This document shows, piece after piece, positions 19,116-26,887 of a stretch of 54,256 bases of DNA. Positions within the stretch are counted from its first letter, which is position 1; each line of letters starts with the position of its first letter. Origin of the DNA: a virus (Duplodnaviria; Caudoviricetes); the IMG/VR virus record IMGVR_UViG_3300046167_000162, positions 1 to 54,256 of that record; one strand, 5' to 3'. Below the pieces are notes generated by a model that was not told where the DNA came from, did not search any database, and worked only from the letters and a program-made list of their open reading frames with translations. The position numbers and the translations under genes were made by a program.

Positions 19116-20705
19116 TTAGTATCCAAACGTTGTGTCTGATGCCTGAAAGCCTGTACGCTGCGAGTCAGAGTTATAATCAAACAGATTACTTCTAGGTCTT
19201 GTCATGATACCATACCTTAGAGCGTCATAGATGTGGTCTTCTGACTTAGTGTCTACGTCCTCGGGGTTATTCTTGTCTAAGGGTAGAGAGGGTAACTGAG
19301 CAATTGTGTTGTAGCAGTTACTGAAGAAGACTATTCTTGGTTCTTCTGTGAAGTCATCTGTCTGAAGTCTTCTATGCAGTTCGTTTTTACCTGCTACACG
19401 GGAGCCCTTAGATCTGTCTGCTGGTCTCCAACGGCAACCCTTAACAATCATTTGCTCTGCTAGGCTGGGTCCAGTATCCCCTCTTTTGTGCCAGAGAGAA
19501 CTATCAAGAACACCATACCTTATTTTCTCTTCAGACTCAACCTCTAAAATCATATCAGCTAAGTCTGTTGCTAGTACCTTGCTTACGTACATCTCCCTGT
19601 ACACGATCAACTGCTCGTCAGGTGATACAGCAAACCATAGAACAGCACTGTAAGATCCGTAACCGTAGTCAGCTGCTCTGAACCTAGGCCAGTTGTGAGG
19701 AATCTCGAAAGGCTCTACAACGTGTGCTCTACGGTTAAATTCAGGAAAAGCTGCTCCCTCGTTAATGTCCCAGTCCCCTTCCAACAACTGACGCCGTTGG
19801 TGCTCAGGCAAAGAGAGAAGGTTGGCTTCGTACATCCCGTCATCAGACAGGTAAGGATTATCAAACAAAGTCGCAGGGATAAACTTTCTTTTAAAGAGAG
19901 GCTCACCTGACCGACTATGCCCACTGGGCCAACAAATAGTCTCACCTTCTAAGTCTGTCGCCCAAAATGCCTGATTAGGAGTATTCGGGTCAATAAAGGT
20001 TTTCTTAACCCAGTAGTGACCAGGACCACCAGGGTTACTCGTGGCTCTCATGTAGAGAGGTAACCCTGACGCCTTAGTGGTACGTAGCCTTGAGCGCATA
20101 TAGTTCCACGCATAGTCCGTAGGCCATTGAGTTAATTCATCAAATCCAATCCAGTTGAACGCTTGGCCTTGGTATCTCATAACGTCATCGTCACGGTCAA
20201 GGTAAGACATCCAGAGTGTTGCACCGCTAGGAGCTACCCAAGTCTTATCTCTCTCCATAAACTTAATACCTGGGATAGCTCTAGGATAAAGCTGTTTACT
20301 TACAGATATAAGTTCTCTTAGTTCCTCTGTACTTCTACGTACAATAAGCATTCGAGCGTTAGGGTTGTTCAAGTATCTGACTGGGTCAGCAATAAGACTA
20401 TAGCTCTTACCACCACCAGCTGCCCCACCGTACAGAACCTCTTGCTCTGTAGCCGCTAGGAAGCTTGTCTGAGGGCCAGGATTAGGCTCAAAGATAATAT
20501 CTCTCTGAACAGACTCAACATCAATCTCCTGAGGCTTCGGTATCGCTGGTGTCTGACCAACCGTCTCCAAAGATTCTTTTGGTAGCTCTACCACCAAGTC
20601 TTTGCTTTTCGATTTTCTCCGCTTTCCTTGACGCTTCTTGATACCTTTTGGCATACTTGCGATAGCTGGAGGAAGCCCGTCTGCGCTTTTCTTCGATCCT
20701 GACAC
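19116..20705 (-). CDS. terL: Terminase large subunit (true start uncertain, possibly downstream)
   Basis: Walker A LYGGAAGGGKS, Walker B IGFDELTQW, ATSNPGG, RNase H DYGY and DHIYDALRY. Confidence 0.95.
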   Translation of the reverse strand: MSGSKKSADGLPPAIASMPKGIKKRQGKRRKSKSKDLVVELPKESLETVGQTPAIPKPQEIDVESVQRDIIFEPNPGPQTSFLAATEQEVLYGGAAGGGKSYSLIADPVRYLNNPNARMLIVRRSTEELRELISVSKQLYPRAIPGIKFMERDKTWVAPSGATLWMSYLDRDDDVMRYQGQAFNWIGFDELTQWPTDYAWNYMRSRLRTTKASGLPLYMRATSNPGGPGHYWVKKTFIDPNTPNQAFWATDLEGETICWPSGHSRSGEPLFKRKFIPATLFDNPYLSDDGMYEANLLSLPEHQRRQLLEGDWDINEGAAFPEFNRRAHVVEPFEIPHNWPRFRAADYGYGSYSAVLWFAVSPDEQLIVYREMYVSKVLATDLADMILEVESEEKIRYGVLDSSLWHKRGDTGPSLAEQMIVKGCRWRPADRSKGSRVAGKNELHRRLQTDDFTEEPRIVFFSNCYNTIAQLPSLPLDKNNPEDVDTKSEDHIYDALRYGIMTRPRSNLFDYNSDSQRTGFQASDTTFGY

Positions 20706-21003
20706 GTTTGTCTAACCCTACATGTGAGATATACCTACCTGATTGTTGAGTCAGCCACTTAGCTACTTGCCTTAGACTGTACTCCTGTAGGAATAGCTTT
20801 GCTTTTTCTAAAAGTTCTAATTCTTCTGGGATGGGTATGAGTAGATCTATGTCTTCTTCATCTTGTTTGTAACCAAATGGTACGTGTCTTCCAACTCTAA
20901 TGATAGGATACCACTCTCCGTTTTCTCCCCTGAGTGGTACCTGCCAGTCTACTTTAGTTGGGTAGTCTGCTTTGGATGCTCTTGCCGCCTTAACCTTAGG
21001 CAT
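20521..21003 (-). CDS. DNA-binding protein with serine-recombinase 'recombinase domain'-like HTH
   Basis: 160 aa; GRHVPFGYK...YSLRQVAKWL; no catalytic resolvase domain. Confidence 0.6.
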   Translation of the reverse strand: MPKVKAARASKADYPTKVDWQVPLRGENGEWYPIIRVGRHVPFGYKQDEEDIDLLIPIPEELELLEKAKLFLQEYSLRQVAKWLTQQSGRYISHVGLDKRVRIEEKRRRASSSYRKYAKRYQEASRKAEKIEKQRLGGRATKRIFGDGWSDTSDTEASGD

Positions 21004-21361
21004 CTGTATCCTTGGAAGGTAGAATAAAGAGAGGCTCTGTTGTCTTAACCTCTACCTTCTCTGTCTTAGTAAAACCTGCTCTGTCCAAGATGTCTTTAGC
21101 TGCCATCATCTTTTCTTTAACCCCTAGATCTGTAGGGTCAGCCATCACACTGAACATTGTGTAAGCAGCTTTAGTGGAAGACCGTGAAATAAACTTTTTA
21201 GTTCTATCAACAATCTCGTCTTCAAGTGCTGAAACAATAGAGGATGTAGACATACCTTCGGAGTATCCTGCAAGCTTTCTGGCTTTAACAGGATCTCCTT
21301 TGGCTTCATCAAACAGAACGTCTAAGAACTTCTGTTGCTTCTCAGTTAGTTGCCTTGCCAT
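20996..21361 (-). CDS. terS: Terminase small subunit
   Basis: 121 aa; LTEKQQKFL..AGYS..AAKDILDRAG. Confidence 0.8.
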   Translation of the reverse strand: MARQLTEKQQKFLDVLFDEAKGDPVKARKLAGYSEGMSTSSIVSALEDEIVDRTKKFISRSSTKAAYTMFSVMADPTDLGVKEKMMAAKDILDRAGFTKTEKVEVKTTEPLFILPSKDTDA

Positions 21362-21506
21362 ATACTGTTCGCCTTATTTCAGTACGTGAAATACCGATGT
21401 CACGTAGCTCTTTGTCTGACATGTTCTGGAGAATCCAGAAGTCTGCCCGTCTTTGTTGACCCTCTTGAATTGATCTCAGTGCGGTGTTTGCCCACTCTTT
21501 AAACAT
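21342..21506 (-). CDS. DUF1127 (YjiS-like) small protein
   Basis: Not in ORF track; MFKEWANTALRSIQEGQQRRADFWILQNMSDKELRDIGISRTEIRRTVYGKATN; GGAG RBS. Confidence 0.8.
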   Translation of the reverse strand: MFKEWANTALRSIQEGQQRRADFWILQNMSDKELRDIGISRTEIRRTVYGKATN

Positions 21507-21569
21507 ATTAGTCTCCGTTTAGATTGTACAAGTAGCAGGATTAGCTACCGGAGACTAGTTATATACATA

Positions 21570-21600
21570 TAGTTATATCATACCACAGACAATAATGCAA
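21570..21600 (-). promoter_or_regulatory. sigma70-type promoter upstream of DUF1127/terminase
   Basis: TTGCAT-N17-TATAACTA. Confidence 0.6.
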
Positions 21601-21608
21601 CCCCGCTA

Positions 21609-21968
21609 TTACCCTACTGGGACGAAGGTCTCTGTTACCGTAAGGATAGTGTCGATATGCCCAGCAGAAACAGGTACGTTTTGTATCTTGTCACCAGGTT
21701 GAAGTACTAGATCGATGTCGGAAAAGGTAACGTAGTCACCTGAATTTAGACTCTTACCTGAAAGAAAGTGAGACGTGTAGTCATCAGCTGCTACATACCA
21801 CTCTACATCTACAGAGTTTGTACTGCCACCACCGTTGACTACATGGATAAACGTAACCTCAGCTACACAGTTAGCGGGGCATGTATATACAACCTCTGTA
21901 GCAGTGCCACTGTTGTGACCGTACACAGAACGCATACGTGATGGCTTGCCCTGATTAACTAAACTCAT
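21609..21968 (-). CDS. Hypothetical beta-rich protein, probably virion-associated
   Basis: 119 aa; VYTCPAN, LVLQPGDKI. Confidence 0.65.
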   Translation of the reverse strand: MSLVNQGKPSRMRSVYGHNSGTATEVVYTCPANCVAEVTFIHVVNGGGSTNSVDVEWYVAADDYTSHFLSGKSLNSGDYVTFSDIDLVLQPGDKIQNVPVSAGHIDTILTVTETFVPVG

Positions 21969-22249
21969 TTCTTCTTCATCACCTTCTTAGCAGTCTTAAC
22001 TACCCAAGCCTCGTTGACCTCAGTAGTAGGGTCATCAGCAATGAAGTGACCATTCTCGTCCCGTGCTCTCTCAAGAACAGGATCAGGGGTAGCCTTAACC
22101 TTAGGCTGTGGTTTCTTCTTCTTCGGTTTATCTGCGCCAGCCAAGAAGTCTAGAACAGCAGCGTCTTTAGTTTGCCACTCTCCATAAACCTTCTCTGCAA
22201 GGACATCACCACGAGGGCTGAGAACTCTATCACCTTCAAGTTTAAACAT
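21965..22249 (-). CDS. Hypothetical protein
   Basis: 94 aa, RARDENGHFIADDPTTEVNEAW. Confidence 0.65.
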   Translation of the reverse strand: MFKLEGDRVLSPRGDVLAEKVYGEWQTKDAAVLDFLAGADKPKKKKPQPKVKATPDPVLERARDENGHFIADDPTTEVNEAWVVKTAKKVMKKK

Positions 22250-22251
22250 GA

Positions 22252-23133
22252 TTAGTACTTACCCTCTACACCAAACTTTTTCTTGTGATCTGTGATAGAC
22301 TCTTCTTTGTAACGAGTAGTATACTTCTTATCTTTCCAAGTAAAGGTAGCGTTACCAGACTTACGGTTTCTAGCGAAGGCTTTACCGAAGGACTCGTTAG
22401 TAACTGGACCAGCAGCAGGACGTTGTTTAGGTCTAAGGGACTTTTTAGGTGCAGTCTGAGTAGGAGCATTCTTCCTAGTCTCTGCTGCCTTCTTGTTTGC
22501 GTCAGCTGTTTTCTTGGTGGTCTTCTTCAAAGGTGGTTTCTTAGCTGCTGGCTTCTTATCATCAGAGGAGGAGACTACTACCTCAGGTGCAGCTGTATCA
22601 AGAGCACCCAGTTTAGCGTTTGGTCCTCTCATAACTTTAGGGTTCATACCCACAATGCGAGAACCACTTGGTCTTCCTGGAGCGTTCTTGTTAGGTGTGA
22701 TATCCTTCATAGGACGGCTAGGTCCAGAACTATTACTACCTGAACGAGGAGCCTTAGGTTTACCTACACTTGTGCCAGGCTTTGGTCTTGCAGTTGTAGA
22801 AGGAACTCTAGGTTTGGAACCAGCGCCTGAGTTTGCTGGGGGCTTAGGAGCAGTTCTTGGCGCTGCAGGGGCAGTGTTAGCTCTTGCTGCTGGTGGTCTG
22901 CTCTTAGTGTACTGACCAGTAGAGGACTTAGGCTGAGGTGCTTGAGGCACTCTTGTCTGTTTTAAAACATTTGCTACATTACCAGCTGTAACATTTTTAG
23001 GGGGATTTTTAAGATTATCAACTTGTTTCTTAGTAAGCCTTTTAGCCCCTCTTTTCATCAAGAGATCAAGTGCTTTTTTTGATATTACCCGAAGAGCTGT
23101 TGCTCCAAGCATTACGACTACTGGTGCTGGCAT
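22252..23133 (-). CDS. Lys/Pro/Ala-rich basic low-complexity protein (histone H1-like composition)
   Basis: 293 aa; C-terminal SFGKAFARNRK..FTWKDKKYTT. Confidence 0.7.
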   Translation of the reverse strand: MPAPVVVMLGATALRVISKKALDLLMKRGAKRLTKKQVDNLKNPPKNVTAGNVANVLKQTRVPQAPQPKSSTGQYTKSRPPAARANTAPAAPRTAPKPPANSGAGSKPRVPSTTARPKPGTSVGKPKAPRSGSNSSGPSRPMKDITPNKNAPGRPSGSRIVGMNPKVMRGPNAKLGALDTAAPEVVVSSSDDKKPAAKKPPLKKTTKKTADANKKAAETRKNAPTQTAPKKSLRPKQRPAAGPVTNESFGKAFARNRKSGNATFTWKDKKYTTRYKEESITDHKKKFGVEGKY

Positions 23134-23138
23134 TTTAC

Positions 23139-23549
23139 TTATCCTTTATACGATGCGCCACATTTGGCTTGAACTACACCACCTGCCTTGTAGCCTGACT
23201 TCTTAGTCATCCCACCTTTGGACATGTAACCCATTTTGTTTCTAACTGGCTTTGGGAGCTTCTTGAGTCCCTTTTGTTCTGCTGTAGGAGTTTTCATTGC
23301 TAGTGTACCTTTGGCTGCTCTGAATGGTTTTACTTTATCTGCTATCTTCTTAGGTTGTTTCACGAACTGCTTACCTTCTGCAGTCCCTTCTCTTTTAGCT
23401 TTTGTAGTGGCTGCATACTCAGAAGGAGATAAAGACTTAATAGCTTTCTCTGGTAAGTATCTCTCACCAGTCTTAGCACTAGGCTTTCCACTCTTTGTGC
23501 GCCACTTCTGTTTTGTCCAGTCCTTTAGAGACTTCTGAGGAGCCTTCAT
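23139..23549 (-). CDS. Basic protein (DUF5872-like, C-terminal half)
   Basis: 136 aa; QKSLKDWTKQKW...ERYLPEKA. Confidence 0.65.
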   Translation of the reverse strand: MKAPQKSLKDWTKQKWRTKSGKPSAKTGERYLPEKAIKSLSPSEYAATTKAKREGTAEGKQFVKQPKKIADKVKPFRAAKGTLAMKTPTAEQKGLKKLPKPVRNKMGYMSKGGMTKKSGYKAGGVVQAKCGASYKG

Positions 23550-23836
23550 GACGTGTAGCCTCCACCTTTAGCTTTGTATTGTTTCGCAACCATCTGGGCT
23601 TTTCTCGCAGACCATTGTCCAGGCTTTCCACCTTTTGAACTCGCCTTGGCTTGGGCCACAAGTTTCTTGCGCATGGTTGGTTTGGTATAGTTACCAGCAG
23701 CATTGACTGTGTCTCCACCTTTGGAGTAGCCAGAGGCTCTGATAGCTTTACCTTGTCTTTCAGCAGCAGCCTTGGTTTTGTAGACCTTACCAGTCTTACC
23801 CCAACGATAACCACCTTTTACTTTGTAGACTGGCAT
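23546..23836 (-). CDS. Basic protein (DUF5872-like, N-terminal half)
   Basis: 96 aa; YTKPTMRK...GGKPGQWSARKAQ...GGGY. Confidence 0.65.
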   Translation of the reverse strand: MPVYKVKGGYRWGKTGKVYKTKAAAERQGKAIRASGYSKGGDTVNAAGNYTKPTMRKKLVAQAKASSKGGKPGQWSARKAQMVAKQYKAKGGGYTS

Positions 23837-24026
23837 TAGGCTGACTTCCCTATTTCAAAACACAGAGGTATTCGCAAGTGCGCCTTGGCTTACAAGGTAA
23901 TCAGCCATCTCTGTTGCATCAACCTTACAAGAAGACTCCGTGTAGAACATCTCTTTTGTGTTAGCATATACTTGGCAAGACGTAGCCATCTGGTTTGTAC
24001 AAGGCCAAGATAATAGCTACCCACAT
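23836..24026 (-). pseudogene. Small signal-peptide/Cys protein broken by two apparent +1 insertions
   Basis: Removing one base at 24001-24002 and one at 23871-23872 gives 62-aa MWVAIILACTNQMATSCQVY...CKVDA...AIPLCFEIGKSA with TAATG coupling at both ends. Confidence 0.65.
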
Positions 24027-24361
24027 TACATCATGTCTTCTTCACCAAAGCCCATGTCTTTACATTCCCAAGCTTGACAAGAAGCCTCTTGAGAACACAT
24101 AAACTTAAACTTCATGCAAGCACCCATACCGGACTCAGCATTCAAAGCCTTGAGTGTCTTGGCTCTGTTGTTAAAGTAATGGCAGTTACCACACTTCTTA
24201 AGCTTAGCGTACTCTAGCTCTTTATCCCAAGCCTTGGCAAGCTCTTCCTCAGAAGCACCGTACATCCAGTACTCTTCGGCACGGTCTTTGTTCTTTGGGT
24301 CTACCTCAGGAGTGTCTCCACCCATCATTAAGCCAACTTTCATCATGATCCTTTTACCCAC
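24026..24361 (-). CDS. Cys-rich metal-binding protein
   Basis: 111 aa; CGNCHYF...GAC...C...SCQAW. Confidence 0.65.
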   Translation of the reverse strand: MGKRIMMKVGLMMGGDTPEVDPKNKDRAEEYWMYGASEEELAKAWDKELEYAKLKKCGNCHYFNNRAKTLKALNAESGMGACMKFKFMCSQEASCQAWECKDMGFGEEDMM

Positions 24362-24660
24362 TTCTTAGAGCTAGATTTAGTTTTAGAGGGACTCCACTTA
24401 ACCTTATCAGCCCAGTAAGCAGCCGAAAGCTTTCCTCTCTTGATATTCTTTTGATGTCTGGACTTGAAAGCTTCCCTCTGCCCAGCTGTCTGGTTCGTCT
24501 TAACACCCTGCTGTCCAAACCTGATGAGCTTGTACTGACCTCCTTCAGATGCCATAACAACGTGAGACTTAGTTGGATGCTTAGGAGTTCTCTTAGGCTT
24601 ATTAACACCTGAGAGACCTTCTCTTTCCATTGTTGCTTTTACTCTATCAGGTACAGCCAT
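24343..24660 (-). CDS. Basic protein (DUF6321-like)
   Basis: 105 aa; KLIRFGQQG...FKSRH...SAAYWADKVKW. Confidence 0.65.
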   Translation of the reverse strand: MAVPDRVKATMEREGLSGVNKPKRTPKHPTKSHVVMASEGGQYKLIRFGQQGVKTNQTAGQREAFKSRHQKNIKRGKLSAAYWADKVKWSPSKTKSSSKKWVKGS

Positions 24661-24661
24661 A

Positions 24662-25114
24662 TTACATCAACTCGAAATGAGGACCATCAATAAAAGGTCT
24701 ACGTCCTTGGGATCTTCTCAGGTCTACATAAGCCATCATTGCATCTTCTGCTGTACCTGGATAATCCCTAATATCACCTTCAGACCAAGCTGCACCCCAC
24801 TTGATTGCTACACCAAGTTCCTTAGCTGCCTCTTTCATTGCGTCACAGAGGTCATCGTAGACATTCAGTTCCCATACGCCCTTACCATCCACATAAGCCA
24901 TTAGGTCTACTGCTCTGCCTTCTAGATGCTTAGACTTCATAGTCTGAGACTTACCAGCAGCTACAAGCTTCTCTTGCTCTTCTACTGTGCGTAGACCATA
25001 GATAACTCCGAAGTCTACTTTGGTAAGCTCGATAGCACGTTTAACTACAGCAACAAGTCTTTCGTCTACGCCTTCCATCTTAGCTAGGCTACGGTTGGAT
25101 AACTTAAACGCCAT
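24662..25114 (-). CDS. Endolysin, M15 family L-Ala-D-Glu peptidase
   Basis: GLRTVEEQ, SKHLEGRAVDL, WG..W, DGPHFEL zinc-peptidase motifs. Confidence 0.9.
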   Translation of the reverse strand: MAFKLSNRSLAKMEGVDERLVAVVKRAIELTKVDFGVIYGLRTVEEQEKLVAAGKSQTMKSKHLEGRAVDLMAYVDGKGVWELNVYDDLCDAMKEAAKELGVAIKWGAAWSEGDIRDYPGTAEDAMMAYVDLRRSQGRRPFIDGPHFELM

Positions 25115-25470
25115 TACTTCTTCCCTGTAAAGAACTTAGATACTGATCTCATACCAATGCTTGCACTTACAATACCACCCAAAGAATACTGATACCAGGT
25201 AGGCATAGCTTCAAGTGATGTAAAACCTGCCTGTACGATCTCGTTCCCCCAGTCACCACAAAATGCAAGGATAAGAGGAATGGAGAAGAGTAGAGTAATC
25301 CACTCGTCTTTCCAGCTGTTCTGGGTGCTGTTCATAGCAGCAATGTCCCAGTCGATCTCACCAGTAGCTTGCTTTACTTTAATCTCTGCATTGGCTTTCT
25401 GTACTGCTACCTTACCATCAAGATAACTAGTAGCTAGTCCACCTACAGCACCTATAATCTGACCTATCAT
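25114..25470 (-). CDS. Holin (3TM type)
   Basis: 118 aa, hydrophobic segments, SWKDEW, adjacent to endolysin. Confidence 0.7.
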   Translation of the reverse strand: MIGQIIGAVGGLATSYLDGKVAVQKANAEIKVKQATGEIDWDIAAMNSTQNSWKDEWITLLFSIPLILAFCGDWGNEIVQAGFTSLEAMPTWYQYSLGGIVSASIGMRSVSKFFTGKK

Positions 25471-25712
25471 TTCTTATAACTCTCTTCGTGTACTACACGT
25501 GTTGGTGTTACAGTAGTCTTAGACTCTTTGCCCATCCATATACCGAAGCAACCAGTTAAAGCACCCATACAAACTGATACAAGACCTGACTGTGCTACAC
25601 TTGGATCTGGCAGTGACATAAACCAGTGTACTGCCTGGTACGTAAGTACAGTAACAGCTAACATCATAAGACGTGGTAGTACTTTCCAGTCATCCAATAC
25701 AGTCTTAGCCAT
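25467..25712 (-). CDS. Small 2-TM membrane protein (lysis module)
   Basis: 81 aa, WKVLPRLMM, two hydrophobic helices. Confidence 0.65.
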   Translation of the reverse strand: MAKTVLDDWKVLPRLMMLAVTVLTYQAVHWFMSLPDPSVAQSGLVSVCMGALTGCFGIWMGKESKTTVTPTRVVHEESYKK

Positions 25713-25716
25713 AAGC

Positions 25717-25971
25717 TTATTCCCAGTCTCTTTTCCTGTTAGGATCTAAAACAGTATTACTGCTAAGCATACCCTCTAGGTACATAGATCTTTCCATTCT
25801 GTCTAATGTAATCCAATCCCCTGAGTAATTGTAGTAAGCTTCTCTAGCATAGAAGACTGAACTATGAGGGATGTGTACTCTTCGTAGTACCTTGTCATTA
25901 CCTTTAGCTAATGCTGTGTAGAACTCTTCTAACACTTTATCAGATTGGTAGTACTTTACTCTTTTAGCCAT
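25717..25971 (-). CDS. Hypothetical protein, first gene of late arm
   Basis: Start placed at MAKRVKYY, downstream of promoter at 25994-26023. Confidence 0.6.
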   Translation of the reverse strand: MAKRVKYYQSDKVLEEFYTALAKGNDKVLRRVHIPHSSVFYAREAYYNYSGDWITLDRMERSMYLEGMLSSNTVLDPNRKRDWE

Positions 25972-25993
25972 TTCATTTGAACCAATGCACCAG

Positions 25994-26023
25994 TAGTTGT
26001 ACTCAATAGACACTAACTGTCAA
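25994..26023 (-). promoter_or_regulatory. sigma70-type promoter
   Basis: TTGACA-N16-TACAACTA. Confidence 0.7.
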
Positions 26024-26263
26024 GAGCTAAATGCAGATAAGGGTATCCTAAATGCATAAGCCTCTGGTAGAGTCTAAAATTATATTTTACCTTTGATAGA
26101 AATAGAAGCCTACTGGTAGTACTGTTAGTTATTACTAGTAGTTCTATAAGTATTATAAGTATAAGAAGTATAAGACTGCTAGTATTAGCTAACAGTTATA
26201 ACTTATATGTATAATACTATTGGTATATACTGTTAGATACAGTAGGTATATACTATAAGTATA

Positions 26264-26291
26264 ATTATATAGATACCCGCCCTTTTGTCAA
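26264..26291 (-). promoter_or_regulatory. Consensus sigma70 promoter
   Basis: TTGACA-N16-TATAAT. Confidence 0.7.
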
Positions 26292-26573
26292 CCCCTAATA
26301 TGAAATAAATGTAGTGTTAAGTGATCACGAATTGTTACAGACTATTACAGACATGTTACCTAAAGTGTTACAAAGAGTAGATCCAACCCATTTCTTTGTA
26401 ACATTGTAAACCATAATTTTCTAAAAGTGGTTAACAGACCTAAAAACTACCCCCGCTGTCAATGGGTATATATAGTATACGTACACCCCCGCCCTGGCCC
26501 ACGCCCCCTCCCCTACGTTAAGCCCTTGGTATCCATAAGAATTCTCTTATATAAGTGATCCTGGATATACAAC

Positions 26574-26654
26574 TAGTTTAATACTAAATTAAATCTACAG
26601 AAAGTAGTTTAACGTTAAACTATCTGCCAGTAAAACTAGTTTAAGGTTAAACTA
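26574..26654. repeat. Three phased 18-bp inverted repeats TAGTTTAAnnTTAAACTA
   Basis: 26574-26591 (degenerate), 26605-26622 (perfect), 26637-26654; spacing 31-32 bp. Confidence 0.85.
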
Positions 26655-26680
26655 TTTGTTTAGTCTGAATGTTTTAGCGG

Positions 26681-26766
26681 TTTGTGATCACAAATACTGA
26701 AAGCATCTATAGCCTGGAGAAAACTTGTGATCACATTTACCTTTGGAGCTACTATTTGTGATCACA
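26681..26766. repeat. Repeated palindrome TGTGATCACA
   Basis: Copies at 26683, 26726, 26757; partial copies at 26321 and 26808. Confidence 0.85.
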
Positions 26767-26859
26767 TAATGTTTCAACTCTGGCCCTATATAAGTAGTCA
26801 AAGAGTAGATCACGGAATGTTTCAATTCTGTAACAATTATCACAATATCAATTCACTTC

Positions 26860-26887
26860 TTGCAATCAATTCGTTTATGCTTAGATT
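26860..26887 (+). promoter_or_regulatory. Putative early promoter
   Basis: TTGCAA-N16-TAGATT upstream of first early gene. Confidence 0.5.

Noticed and set aside
26574-26766. CRISPR-like mini-array from spaced palindromes
   Set aside because: Repeats are short (10-18 bp), spacers irregular or too short, and there are no cas genes; the Cas4-like nuclease sits in a normal replication context
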